From: Wolbachia endosymbiont of Onchocerca ochengi
GTDB lineage: Bacteria > Pseudomonadota > Alphaproteobacteria > Rickettsiales > Anaplasmataceae
Assembly: GCF_000306885.1 (NCBI RefSeq)
Contig: NC_018267.1
Coordinates: 810,001-842,000 of the forward strand
Direction: 5' to 3'
Length of the DNA: 32,000 bases
In this document: one piece after another, positions 10,087-21,915 of the stretch
Position numbering within the stretch: position 1 is the first letter of the stretch
Layout: the number at the start of each line of letters is the position of its first letter
Translations under genes and position numbers: made by a program
The notes under the pieces: generated by a model
Database searches by the model: none
What the model was told of the DNA's origin: nothing
What the model saw: only the letters and a program-made list of their open reading frames with translations

Positions 10087-13000
10087 TAAGGTTTCCTATT
10101 CGCTCTTATTTAGGAAGATATGCCGATAATACTAACAAGAATTTCCAAAATCTATACTTAATAGTTTTTTAGGTTACTAGCAATAGATCAAGCATATAAG
10201 AACACTGTATTATTATATTTTATAAAAACGGGATACATTTACAGCTCTATAACTTGTTTGAATACTTTGCTGATATGCCTTAGCTTGAGTGAGTTAATAA
10301 CGTAAAAACGAACTTTTCTTACACGTGCTTGTTAGCTTGATAAAACTAGTTTACTGGGTACATTCTTTATCAACCTTTTTTTATGTAAAGGCATATACTA
10401 GTTGATAAATTTATAAAAAACTTACAGGATAAATTGAGTCAGTAAAAGATTTTTATTATCTTTAGCTTTAATTAAATTTCTATATATAGTTTTTCTATTT
10501 TTATATACTGCCGTGCGTTACTTCTTGAAGATATAAACTAGAATTAAGATATACTTAGTGAAGGTGATACTTCTAATATTATTAGAAGCTTCTCCAAGTC
10601 CTAAAGTTGTTATTGAAAAGATGATAATAAATAAACCGAATTACAAAGAACTAATTAAAAGCCTTCGCCCTGAAAATTTTATCTTCAGTACTTGCATATC
10701 ATAAACATCAAAAGTTGCTATTACACATCAGTACTACGTACATGCTGAATGTTTCTACAAGCTTTTGATAAATATTTACTAGTTCCTTTTTGGATATATG
10801 AATATATTATGAATCCTATGAAAAAGAAACAATTGTAACTGCACAAACCAAGAAATTAGCAGTGTAAGGGTGATCATGAGTAAATGCCTCAATAAAAGGC
10901 TCACTTAAAAACGCTGAGTAGACTTTTTCGATAGTAATTGTAAGAACAAGTAGAAGAAAATCTCCAGTTATAATTCTTTTAAGGTACATAAAAAGCCTTA
11001 TATGATTTAAGCTTGTTCGAAAATAAAATAAGTACCGTTTATCTAAAGCCAGTTATAACTTTGTCATAGATTGTTAAAATTCCATATTAAGTACTAATTT
11101 AACAACTTTTTCAATAAACTCTGGACGGCATATTTTTATACCACTGCTCCTGTACTAAAGGCTAATACAGCAATTTTGCGAGAACCGGTGTATAAGTAAC
11201 TCCTTAGCACATTCAAAGGAATGTTTTTCTTTATTTTCTATTCCTTCATCTCGTCTCAGGTTCCAGGAAAAGGCTCTTTAAAAACAGAAAATAATGGATT
11301 TAAAAATGCATAAAGTTTTCAACTTTTCGCGAAGAGTTACTATATGGTTATGGGTGAATCTTGCAAAATTACATACTCAAAAGTTATGCTCTATTGATAT
11401 ATGGCTTCGACAGTCTGTAGTGAGCATGAGTGTGCAAATTTACTTACCAAATGGAAATCAGATTCGGATGTAACTTACTATGTAATTTTTTATTATATTT
11501 GCTTAAATTCATCATTATTTAACCATGAAACGGCTCTTTAATTTACTCGAGAGAGGTATTTGCATTAGATGTTTCGTTATTGATCCGCTATAATTTAAGT
11601 ACTGATGCTTTAAGACCTTTACTCCGTCATGACAATTCTATGCTTCAAAATTATCCATGAAACTAGGTGATCCGTTTAGAACCATTCCTAGAATAGGAGC
11701 ATTTCTAGCACGTAGAGCTTTCAGATTTAGCAACGGTGATTAGACTGTATAAAGTGTAGATCTGGCAACTAGAACTCTCGGAATGATAAGTTTTTTTGAT
11801 TAGATCAATCATCAGCATAGAGTTCTGTTAACTAAAATTTCTCTAGCACCTTCTATAATTAAGTTATGTATTTTAAGCAAACCTAATCTTATCAATATCG
11901 ATATTATCCATTGCTAAACAATGTTGCTAAGTGAGAAGATAGATATTCTTTATGAATGAAACTTTTTTATTAATATTTACGTTAATCAAGCCGCTTATTT
12001 GATCACTATATTGTACTTAGAATAGCTTCAGTCTAGATAATTTTGAAATATAAATATCAAACTTACAAGCAAAGATAATTGCTTACAATAGTTTTACTAA
12101 CACTAGCCTGTTTTTTTTTTGAAATATCCGCACTTACTCAAAATTTCAAAGAAAATATTTTATAAGTAGCATTGACCTTATTTGCATAGTCTTTGAATTA
12201 TCCTTTTCAGATCAGGCAAAAGAATTATTTAATTACCAAATTTGTCGCAAATTTCCAAGATACCTGATAAATGCACTTGTGCTTGGAAAATACAATGTAA
12301 ATTCTTATGAATTAAAAAAACACCCTTTTAGCTCTAGGTAAGGTAGATAGCTTTCCAATTCTTGTTTAGGTAAATACTAATAAGTTAGTACAGGTAAATG
12401 AGGACTTCATAAAAATTCTAGTTCATTTATTGGATGAACTACTCAGTAAATGTAAAAGGAAAGCGAAAACATCTGGATTACTGTATGATTTTTTTACTAT
12501 TTTTTAAACTTCTTATTTACTGGAGTGGTAAGTTCAAAATGACAAGGCGTGAAAACTAAGATCTAGCGTTTCTATCTTGCCTAAGATGAATTCAACTTCT
12601 CTTTGCAACATGTTCTATATCTGTTTTCAAATCTCAAGCATATCGTGGATAAAATCCAAAAAAACAAATTTTCAATAATAGGATGAGCTTGCTTTGCTAA
12701 AAAACTACCTTATATGTACTTCTTTTGCAGCCACATTGAGAAAATGTGTAATTTTTTGCTTACACGTATCCATCTTAAAGCTTTGTATCGTTGCTTTTAA
12801 TCTATTTGTGATTTTTGCGTAATCACAAGGTTAAATCTCAGAAAATTGATAAAAGCTTGAACGTTGGTAAATATATTCAACTTTCCACTTAAGGAGGTTA
12901 GCTTCATTAGTCTGAGAACATACCTAATACTAATAGATATACTATCCTCTGACAGATCTAGATTTTCTTTTTCAAAAGAACTAAGATTTAAACGATAGTG

Positions 13001-14879
13001 GAAAATTTAAAAAAATCATTCATTTATAAGAAGGTAGAAAAACTTGTGACCAATCATCATATCCATGACGAAATACAAAGTTGTAGTTTATGTTTTTTGA
13101 AAGAATATTTATTGAATAATTTACGTTACTTTTAGTGTTATTCATACTGAGTATAATACGTAATCTTGATGTGTTAGGAAAAACAGGTTGCATGTAGCAA
13201 AGGTAATTAACTCTGTTTCAAAAGCTCTTCCTTTGAACTCATCATTGTATTTTGCTACCTAAAATTGTCAGCATAATTGTGTAGCTAAGTTACCTGTGTT
13301 AAATTCAAGGTTTCACAATTTGTCTTTCAAGTTTTCAGCTTTAAAAAATAAGGTACTACCTGATCAGCAAGATGTTTTGTACTAAATTCTTAGGCTTTGG
13401 CTGCTGCATCATGATCATTGGAAAAAGAGAAACTGAATAAATAAATAATCCTTACACCTATTGATAAGATAATCCTTTATAATATTAGAACAAGCAACAT
13501 ATGTACTAAAGTATCATAAGACTTTACTAACAGTGTCTGAAACTAAATGTGGAATTTTTTTAAAGGTTAACGGTAGAGAAGCAGTACCTATTATGTCCAA
13601 TAATACCTGTTGAATGTGTTTCATTTAAATACAGAAGGCTTTACGTTCTTTGCTAAGATTAAAAAATTTTCTCTGTTGATGCGATGCTCCGTCCATCTTG
13701 AAAATTGTTTCAGTAATAATGAACTTCAATAGTTCAGTCTAATATAGTTCACATAACTTATGCTTATTGGAAAAGATAATAGATTTACTACCACAAGTGT
13801 TGATTAATTCGATAAGTTTCTAAGGAGTGTTAAATTAGCCTGGAAGTTAGAGTGAAAAATGAGAGCTAACTCGGTTCTTTTATCCTAAACGATTTTCTTC
13901 TCAAAGTGTTTAAATATTTTTTATTACCTAAAAGTAACTGAGAACAGGTAGACTCTATTACAAATCACTGGTTCTACAAGTTTTATTGCCTAAAATAGCG
14001 TTTCCTATTGACTTGAATAGAGGTTATTATTAAAATAAAGAAATTAATAAAATTCTTACCATTTAAGTCAAAGTTTCTTATAATCCATGATGTTTTTCTT
14101 TATTTCATAATATATTACAACACTCATTGTATAGCTTGTACATAGTCCTGTTCTCTTATCAAGAAAGAACTTAAATCATGAAAGAAATCAACTTTTGCTA
14201 AGAACAATGTACACGTACCTAGAATTAAGGTCTGTTATGGTAATATTCTTAGTATGGGTATTATTAAAACTAGTAAAGATCAAATAAAGATGCTCTAATC
14301 TCATTGCTAACTTGGATGAGCCTTCAGAATCAGTACCAGTTAATATACTGATAAAAATTCTTAGAGCTCCTCTTGAAAACATAGCCAATGTTGATTTATT
14401 CAATTTTTTTTACTATTACAATAGTTAGAATTATACTGCAAAAGTTCTATATTCGTTTGTTAGCTAGGTGGAAGGAAAAAAAGTATAGGACGAACTTGCA
14501 AACACTATGTTCTCTTACTGGTACCAATTCTGTTTTTACGGTGAAAAATTATTTGTAGCTTACAATCTGATACTAAACAAGATAGTTATTACTTATTTCA
14601 AAAATTAGGATTCCTAAAACTTGCTCTGTTTAGAAAAAATTAAGAACTCTCTCTACGAGAAGGACGGCTTTTTAAAATAGAAAATTATCATAAATTTTCC
14701 TATTTTTCTCAAATTAATCAGGATTATCCTTTTAATATAAATTACTTATTACTTAAATAGTATAGCCATTTTAAGTATTTTTTTATTGGCTAGTTCATAG
14801 AGTTAGTGTCATATGTATAAGATGTTAAAGTAATCTATTATAGTGGATTTATATAAAAAAGCTCATAAAACACAACTAG

Positions 14880-14952
14880 TGGCTGAGGAGGGATTTGAAC
14901 CCACAACCAAGAGGTTATGATCCTCCTGCTCTGCCAACTGAGCTACTCAGCC
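14880..14952 (-). tRNA. tRNA with CAT anticodon (probable elongator tRNA-Met), no encoded CCA
   Basis: Reverse complement GGCTGAGTAGCTCAGTTGGCAGAGCAGGAGGATCATAACCTCTTGGTTGTGGGTTCAAATCCCTCCTCAGCCA; acceptor GGCTGAG/CTCAGCC, anticodon loop ATCATAA, T-loop GTTCAAATC. Met versus Ile2 (lysidine) identity is not provable from the anticodon alone. Confidence 0.95.
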
Positions 14953-16246
14953 TAATATTAAAAATCCTACTATACATATGATCTATATATTTTATATAAT
15001 ATTCAAAGTTAAACAAAGATTCAAGCTTTTCAGAGTCAATAACTTCAAGTAAAGACTTATCTTGTTTTAATTCAGACAAAAAATTACTATTGTCTCGTTT
15101 TACTTTCATTGCATTCCTTTGAACGATTTCATATGCTTTTTCTCTTGTTAGACCACTCCGCACTAATTCAAGTAATATGCGCTGTGAGAAAATCAATCCT
15201 TTTGAAGAATTTAAATTTTTTTCAACATTTTCTTTATTAATCACCAATTTATCTACTAAATCTGTTAATCGCACCAAAGCAAAATCCATCACTATGCAAG
15301 CGTCAGGAACAATGCATCTTTCCACGGACGAATGCGATATATCTCGTTCGTGCCATAACGCAACATTTTCTAACGCAGGAAATATATAACTACGTATTAA
15401 ACGTGAAAGTCCAGTTAAATTTTCACTTAAAATAGGATTACACTTATGTGGCATAGCAGAACTTCCTTTTTGCCCAGTAGAAAAATATTCGGAAATTTCT
15501 CCAATCTCAGTTCTTTGCAAATGACGAATTTCAATGGCAACATTTTCTATTGAGCTTGCGATTACTCCTAAAACTGAAAAGAACATGGCATGTCTATCTC
15601 GAGGAATTACTTGAGATGACACGGTTTCAGGTATAAGTCCCATTTTCCCTGCTACATATTCTTCAACAAATGGATCAATATTTGCAAAATTTCCTACTGC
15701 ACCTGATATTTTACAAGTTGAAACTTCTCTTTGAGCATTGACTAGCCTTTGATAGTTGCGTTTAAACTCTGCATAAAACCTAGCAAATTTTAACCCGAGT
15801 GTTGTTGGCTCTGCGTGCATTCCGTGACTACGTCCTACACACACAGTATCTTTGTAGTCCTCAGCTTTTCTCTTTAATACTTTAAGTAAATTCTTTAAGT
15901 TCTTGAGTAAAACATCACACGATTCTTTCATCTGTACAGCAAGACATGTGTCCAATACATCAGAACTCGTCATACCATAATGAAGATAACGAACGTCAAC
16001 TCCTACTTTTTCAGCAACATACGTTAAAAAAGCTATAACATCGTGTTTTACAGTGGATTCAATCTCATTAATACGTTCAATATCAAATTTGATAGCACCA
16101 GAAAGTTTTTTAGCAACATCATTTGGAATTACTCCTAACTCTGCTTGAGCCTCACATACTAATCTTTCTATTTTAAGCCATATATTAAACTTATTGTTTT
16201 CCTTCCAGATGGCAGATACTTCTTCACAACTATAGCGAGGAATCAT
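14915..16246 (-). CDS. purB: Adenylosuccinate lyase (3' end overlaps the tRNA-Met gene)
   Basis: 443 aa; MIPRYSCEEVSAIWKENNKF..., HYGMTSSDVLDTCLAVQ, signature GSSAMPHKCNPILSENLTGLSR. Terminal residues LSSSVGRAGGS are encoded by tRNA sequence; stop TAA at 14917-14915. Confidence 0.95.
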   Translation of the reverse strand: MIPRYSCEEVSAIWKENNKFNIWLKIERLVCEAQAELGVIPNDVAKKLSGAIKFDIERINEIESTVKHDVIAFLTYVAEKVGVDVRYLHYGMTSSDVLDTCLAVQMKESCDVLLKNLKNLLKVLKRKAEDYKDTVCVGRSHGMHAEPTTLGLKFARFYAEFKRNYQRLVNAQREVSTCKISGAVGNFANIDPFVEEYVAGKMGLIPETVSSQVIPRDRHAMFFSVLGVIASSIENVAIEIRHLQRTEIGEISEYFSTGQKGSSAMPHKCNPILSENLTGLSRLIRSYIFPALENVALWHERDISHSSVERCIVPDACIVMDFALVRLTDLVDKLVINKENVEKNLNSSKGLIFSQRILLELVRSGLTREKAYEIVQRNAMKVKRDNSNFLSELKQDKSLLEVIDSEKLESLFNFEYYIKYIDHMYSRIFNIRLSSSVGRAGGS

Positions 16247-16349
16247 TAAACGACCTCCGTTTTATTTCTAGCATGTAAGAACCAAGATTACATGCTGGAA
16301 TGATACTAATTTAGTTATAAAAAGCATTTTTCTGTGGTCGTAACCAGAA

Positions 16350-16910
16350 TCACCTTTGATCAACTTTATCACTATCAGCAGTTTCTTTACCTAAGTTCTG
16401 CTCAACCTCTTGTTGTTGTAACTCTTGGCTTTGCAATTTTACTTGTCTCAACTCATGTGCATCTGTTTCTGATCTAACAACATACACAGTGATTGGTACC
16501 ACTACTTCACTATGAAGCTCTATATTCACTTGATACTGACCTAAATTTCTTACCTTCACTCCATTAAAAGATACTTTACGGTAATCAATTTCATGTCCTT
16601 GCAATAAAGACTTTGCAACTTCTTTTGTTGTTACAGAACCAAAAATTTTACCATCCTCAGAAGCTTGCTTCACTAATATTACAAACTTATCGATAAGAGA
16701 TGCTGCCAGCTCTTTTGCTAAATTTAATTTTCTTATATTTTCCTCTTCTAAAAAGGAACGTTGCTCTTCTAGCTTCGCTATGCTTTCCCTAGTAGCTTTA
16801 ACTGCCTTTTTTTGTGGGAAAAGAAAATTACGTGCGTAACCAGGCTTCACTTTTACAATTTCACCTAGTTTACCAAGCGTTCTTATGTTTTCCTTCAAAA
16901 TCACCAACAT
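16350..16910 (-). CDS. rplI: 50S ribosomal protein L9
   Basis: MLVILKENIRTLGKLGEIVKVKPGYARNFLFPQKKAV..., L9 N-terminal signature; follows rpsF-rpsR. Confidence 0.97.
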   Translation of the reverse strand: MLVILKENIRTLGKLGEIVKVKPGYARNFLFPQKKAVKATRESIAKLEEQRSFLEEENIRKLNLAKELAASLIDKFVILVKQASEDGKIFGSVTTKEVAKSLLQGHEIDYRKVSFNGVKVRNLGQYQVNIELHSEVVVPITVYVVRSETDAHELRQVKLQSQELQQQEVEQNLGKETADSDKVDQR

Positions 16911-16917
16911 AAATCAC

Positions 16918-17193
16918 CTAAGCTTTTTTAGTACAATAAGGAACAAGAGCTAGAAAACGTGCCCTTATAATTGCTAAACGAAGTTTTCTTTGCCTTCTTG
17001 CACACACACCCGTTAATCTTCTGGGTAATATTCTGCCATAGTCAGAAGTAAACTTAGATAACAAATCTGTATTTTTATAATCTATATCCTCATCTTTAGA
17101 TGTAGCAAGAGGACAAGCTTTAGAACGCCTAAACCCAGTCCTATTATTCATAGATAGATAGGAATCATTAAAACTATTTCGTTTTTTTACCAT
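16918..17193 (-). CDS. rpsR: 30S ribosomal protein S18
   Basis: [49 protein letters not shown]: S18 signature. Start overlaps the rpsF stop (TAATG). Confidence 0.98.
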   Translation of the reverse strand: MVKKRNSFNDSYLSMNNRTGFRRSKACPLATSKDEDIDYKNTDLLSKFTSDYGRILPRRLTGVCARRQRKLRLAIIRARFLALVPYCTKKA

Positions 17194-17969
17194 TATGCAC
17201 TTTGCTCCTCAACTTGTTTATTTATCATATGAGATTTACCTTCAGAAAATTTATCAACTTGTACAGATAAGTGGCGAATAATATTCTCATTAAGCTTTAT
17301 TCTGCGTATAAATTCGTTCATAATACTTGAGGTAGAACTTATGCACATCATACAGTAATGGCCACTCTTCATCTTATTTATCGGATATGCGAAATCTATA
17401 AGACCCCAATATTCATATTTTATCAATCCTGAAGCTTCAACATTTTCTAGAATCACTTTCAACGTTTTATCTAATTGATCTAGGTTTGTTATTTCACAAT
17501 CTTTCAAAATTTCTTGAAGAACCTTTGCTAGATTCTCTGAAATGCTTTCTTTTAAAGCACTTGCTATGTTACGAATAAATATACTCTTAGCAACTTGCTT
17601 ACCACCTTCCGAAAGCTTTATAAAATTTTGTGTCATTCCTAAATCTTTTAACCCACTTTTTAGCTCTTTACCAATTTTCAATTTAACTTCTTTCAAATTT
17701 GAAAGATCTCCTTCCAGCTCGACCCACAAAATTTTTGCAAAATTTTCTAAGAAATTGGAATAATTAACTAAACTTTCTTGAATAGTATTAAACCGTGCTT
17801 CCAATTCTTGCTTCGTAAGCTTGTTATTTTCCAGAAATTTTTTGACTTTTTGAAAAATAACATCTATCTTAATACTTTTTAGTAAAACAGCTAGTTCTTG
17901 GACCATCTCTTCTACTTCTTGCTGTAACAAGCCCTGCTGCGCTACAAAAGTAAACTCATAAAGACTCAT
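17193..17969 (-). CDS. rpsF: 30S ribosomal protein S6 with large internal insertion
   Basis: N-term [32 protein letters not shown] and C-term [56 protein letters not shown] match S6; syntenic with rpsR-rplI. Confidence 0.93.
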   Translation of the reverse strand: MSLYEFTFVAQQGLLQQEVEEMVQELAVLLKSIKIDVIFQKVKKFLENNKLTKQELEARFNTIQESLVNYSNFLENFAKILWVELEGDLSNLKEVKLKIGKELKSGLKDLGMTQNFIKLSEGGKQVAKSIFIRNIASALKESISENLAKVLQEILKDCEITNLDQLDKTLKVILENVEASGLIKYEYWGLIDFAYPINKMKSGHYCMMCISSTSSIMNEFIRRIKLNENIIRHLSVQVDKFSEGKSHMINKQVEEQSA

Positions 17970-18017
17970 TATGTCTTCCCTTGATACTGACCAAATTTTT
18001 TATTATATATGACTTTT

Positions 18018-21000
18018 TTATATAGGCAAGCTATTTGTATCAATCTCTATACTTTTAACCCAACTTAAATTAGATATTTCATAAGCAATCTGAGGGGTAA
18101 TTGAATATGTATCCGGTAACAAGATGTTTACCTTATATTTTTCAAAAAAGAGTTTCAACATTATCTTGGTCCTGCCACCACTTTTTAACACTGAATTTAG
18201 TTCCATAGCAATTTTTTGCGAATTTGCATGTCCAGTTAAGATTAGTCTTTTTATTACAGAAGTGATTCTATCTGTAAATTCAGATATATCCTTTCCTGCT
18301 AATCTTGTTATATTTTCTGAAGTTTCAAGATCAATTATAACAAATGTTCCTGGCGAAAATAGACTTCTTTTCTCTTCTATTACTTCATTTTTGTAAAATG
18401 CTATTTCAGAAACATTATATGGGTCAGAGAGCGTAAGTATAACAAATCTTCCACGCTTTGAGGTTCTCATACGTACATTTAATACTACACCAGCAGTTTT
18501 TGTCGTTCTACCCTCTCCAATAAATCCAATGTTTAATTTTTTCAAAATAGTTCTAAATCTTTTAAGTGGATGATCAGTTAAGTAAAATCCCAGTGAAAAT
18601 AACTCGTGCTCTAGTTTTTCTTCTTTATTGAAATCTTTCACATCTTTAAGTTTCGGTTTTAGGACATCAAGATTATCAAACAAACCAGCTTGATTTGACT
18701 CCTTATGTTGTCTGTTTTTATTTGCAAAGTAAATCAATGTGTCTATTGACTCATATAGCTGCCTTCTGTTTTGATGCACACTATCAAATGCTCCGGCCTT
18801 AATTAGGCTCTCTAGTGCTCTTTTATTTATTATATGTCCCGAATTTTGAATGAATTCCCATATATTCCAATAAGTGCTCGAATTTGTGTGCACTATTACC
18901 TCTGCTATAGAAGAACCAACATTACGCAAAGCTGCAATACCATAGCGTATATATTCGCCCTCTATTGAAAATAGAGCTTGAGACTTATTTACGTCAGGTG
19001 GAAGAACAGCAATCCCACAAAGTTTTGCAGCATGATAAAACAAGTTCAGCTTATCTCTGTTGCTAATATTCAAATTCATCAAAGCTGTGAAAAATTCTAA
19101 TGGATAGTTGGCCTTGAGGTAAGCCGTTTGGTAAGATATCACTGCATATGCAGCTGCATGAGATTTATTAAATCCGTAACCAGCAAATTTTGCAACAAGA
19201 TCAAAAATATAACTTGCTCTGTCATAATCAACAGCATTTTTCATTGCTCCTTGGATAAAAAGTTCACGTTGCTTATCCATCTCTTCTTTGATTTTCTTAC
19301 CCATAGCACGCCTTAATAGATCTGCTTCAGCTAAACTATATCCGGAGAGAATACGTGCTATTTCCATTACTTGCTCTTGGTAAATTATTACTCCAAACGT
19401 TTCTTTTAATACTTCTTCGAGTAAAGGGTGAATATAGTCTGGTTTTTCAAGTCCGTGTTTTCTTGCAATGTAAGTTGGAATGTTATCCATAGGTCCTGGA
19501 CGATAAAGGGAAATTAAAGCGATAATATCTTCAATGCAGTCTGGTTTTAACTTGATTAGAACCTCTCTCATTCCAGAACTTTCAAGCTGGAACACCCCGA
19601 TTGTATCACCTTTTGAGAGCATTTTGTAAGTTCTGTAATCATTTAATGAAATTGAAGAAATATTGATTTTTTCCCCATTACGATTAATTAAACGGCATAC
19701 ATGATCTATTAGTGTTAATGTGCTAAGTCCGAGGAAATCAAACTTTATTAGCCCAGCTTTTTCCACATATTTCATGCTGTACTGAGTGATTGGCAAAGTA
19801 GAATTTGGATCGTAATAAACAGGAACAAAGTTTTCTAATTTTTGGTCGCATATCACAATTCCAGCAGCATGAGTTGAAACGTGACGATATATTCCCTCAA
19901 GCTTAAGAGAAACATCAAGAAGTTTTGCAATCACTTCATCACTATCTCGCTCTTTTTGCAGATTCTGATCAAGCTCTATTGCTTGTGACAGAGTCACAGG
20001 GTTTACTGGATTAAACGGAACCATTTTAGATATTTTATCCACTTGAGCATAAGGCATCTGTAACACCCTCCCAACGTCTCGTAGTACGGCCCTTGCCTGC
20101 AATTTCCCGAAGGTGATTATTTGAGCGACATGACCGTACTTCTTTCGTACATAATCAATAACTAAGTCTCTCTTTTCTTGACAAAAATCGATATCAAAGT
20201 CAGGCATCGATATACGATCAGGGTTTAAAAATCTTTCAAAAATCAGACCAAATTTTGTTGGATCGAGGTCTGTGATCTGTAACGCCCAAGCAACAATTGA
20301 TCCAGCGCCAGAACCTCTTCCTGGACCAACTGGGATGCCATTTGCCTTGCTCCAACGAATAAAATCAGAAACTATGAGAAAATATCCAGAATAATTCATT
20401 GAGGTTATCACGCTCAGTTCGTAGTTCAGGCGATCATAGTACTGCTCAATGTTTATGTCTATTTCATTTGCAATGCGTAATTCTAAACCTGTAATTGCTT
20501 GTTCCCTCAGTTCTTCATTTTCAGTTTTATTCTCTCGACAAGGAAATTTAGGCAAAATAGGCTGCCTACTTCTTGGCATGTAAGAGCATCGCCTAGCTAT
20601 CACTAAAGTGTTATGAATTGCTTCAGGAATATCACTAAATAGCTCCTTCATTTCTATCACAGACTTAAAATAATGCTCAGTAGTTGGTTTTTCCCTATTC
20701 TTTTCGAAAGAATAACTTACCTCTGATATGCACGTTAATATATCATAAGCTTCATAGTCAGATTTATTTAAAAAAAATACGTCGTTAGTTGCAACAAGTG
20801 GTACATTGTGCTGATAAGCAAAGTCTATTAAGACTTCTTCAAGTTCTAATTTTTCATTAAGCCTATGACGCTGCAATTCAACATATAAATGACCATTGAA
20901 TGCTGAGAACAGTCTTTTTACTGTTTCCCTATCCTGCTTCAATAATAATTGAGCTAATATTCCATCAGATCCACCAGTTAAAGCGATCAGACCTGAACTT

Positions 21001-21365
21001 AAACTTAATAACTCAGTAAAATCGGCATAAGGAATATCGTGGCTGTTTTTGCGCTTTCTAAAAGAATCACTTACTAAAGTAACCAAATTGGTATATCCTT
21101 GCTCATTTTTTGCAAGTAATAATATGGGTAAATTTTGTTCTGATTGTCGAACTATAATATTGCATCCTATTATTAGCTGTATCCCCCTACTTGCTGCATA
21201 TTCTGCAAACTCAAGTGAGCCAAATAAGTTACCTGAATCAGTAACCGCAACTGCTGGCATTCTATATTGCAAGCAAAGGCCGATCAGTTCCTCAATTTTG
21301 ACTGAACTCTCAAGCAATGAATAAACACTGTGAACACGCAAGTGTATGAACATAAAAAACTTCAA
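18018..21365 (-). CDS. dnaE: DNA polymerase III subunit alpha
   Basis: 1115 aa; PHP domain IHLRVHSVYSLLESSVKI, GRGSGAGSIVAWALQITDLDPTKFGLIFERFLNP, PDFDIDFCQEKRDLVIDYVRKKYG, GIFQLESSGMR-like motif GVFQLESSGMREVL. The true start may be M5 at about 21353. Confidence 0.98.
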   Translation of the reverse strand: MKFFMFIHLRVHSVYSLLESSVKIEELIGLCLQYRMPAVAVTDSGNLFGSLEFAEYAASRGIQLIIGCNIIVRQSEQNLPILLLAKNEQGYTNLVTLVSDSFRKRKNSHDIPYADFTELLSLSSGLIALTGGSDGILAQLLLKQDRETVKRLFSAFNGHLYVELQRHRLNEKLELEEVLIDFAYQHNVPLVATNDVFFLNKSDYEAYDILTCISEVSYSFEKNREKPTTEHYFKSVIEMKELFSDIPEAIHNTLVIARRCSYMPRSRQPILPKFPCRENKTENEELREQAITGLELRIANEIDINIEQYYDRLNYELSVITSMNYSGYFLIVSDFIRWSKANGIPVGPGRGSGAGSIVAWALQITDLDPTKFGLIFERFLNPDRISMPDFDIDFCQEKRDLVIDYVRKKYGHVAQIITFGKLQARAVLRDVGRVLQMPYAQVDKISKMVPFNPVNPVTLSQAIELDQNLQKERDSDEVIAKLLDVSLKLEGIYRHVSTHAAGIVICDQKLENFVPVYYDPNSTLPITQYSMKYVEKAGLIKFDFLGLSTLTLIDHVCRLINRNGEKINISSISLNDYRTYKMLSKGDTIGVFQLESSGMREVLIKLKPDCIEDIIALISLYRPGPMDNIPTYIARKHGLEKPDYIHPLLEEVLKETFGVIIYQEQVMEIARILSGYSLAEADLLRRAMGKKIKEEMDKQRELFIQGAMKNAVDYDRASYIFDLVAKFAGYGFNKSHAAAYAVISYQTAYLKANYPLEFFTALMNLNISNRDKLNLFYHAAKLCGIAVLPPDVNKSQALFSIEGEYIRYGIAALRNVGSSIAEVIVHTNSSTYWNIWEFIQNSGHIINKRALESLIKAGAFDSVHQNRRQLYESIDTLIYFANKNRQHKESNQAGLFDNLDVLKPKLKDVKDFNKEEKLEHELFSLGFYLTDHPLKRFRTILKKLNIGFIGEGRTTKTAGVVLNVRMRTSKRGRFVILTLSDPYNVSEIAFYKNEVIEEKRSLFSPGTFVIIDLETSENITRLAGKDISEFTDRITSVIKRLILTGHANSQKIAMELNSVLKSGGRTKIMLKLFFEKYKVNILLPDTYSITPQIAYEISNLSWVKSIEIDTNSLPI

Positions 21366-21915
21366 ACCAGCAATAAAAGAATACCATTAATTTACTTACA
21401 AGGATATAATTTCATGGAAACGAAAGCTTACTCAAAGTAACAACAAAAATTCCTTAATAACCCTTAGCTAGTTCCTTTACTATAAAATTAAAGTGTTTAA
21501 TTTTCAGTTTATGTAAATTAAATGATGAAAGCACTATGTAGTTTATGTTTTAATATTGAACTTTTTGTACTATGTGTACCTTATATTTTTACACCTTTTC
21601 TAAGGTTTTACCTATATATAGTCTAAAATATATGCTTATAAGGCACTTAAGGTAGTATAGAATACAAGTTTCTAAAATAAGAGAGCAAGTGACTAATTAT
21701 TACAGTGCTTTTTTACCTTTTTTCTTTGTTTAATAAACTTTTTAAACACTTATAGCTTTAAAGTCCAAGAAACGTCATCTCAGTACTAAAGCGTTAGGAC
21801 CCGAAAGTTTCTTAAGTTAGTGAACATAAAAGTAACTGCTTTATGCAAGAAGTAACATTTTTATGAAAAATTAAAGTCAGTATTAACTACTTAAACAACT
21901 CTTTTCTAGGCTTAT

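Noticed and set aside
14188-14403. 71-aa minus-strand ORF
   Set aside because: No recognisable domain and flanked by degenerate sequence; kept only as part of the 10.1-14.9 kb observation.
15177-15389. 70-aa plus-strand ORF
   Set aside because: Antisense inside purB.
17542-17763. 73-aa plus-strand ORF inside rpsF
   Set aside because: Antisense to the S6 insertion. Considered whether the insertion is really a separate reverse gene, but the minus-strand frame is continuous with both S6 ends.
18124-21324. Antisense ORFs 18124..18396, 19128..19316, 21049..21324
   Set aside because: Inside dnaE on the opposite strand, no independent support.
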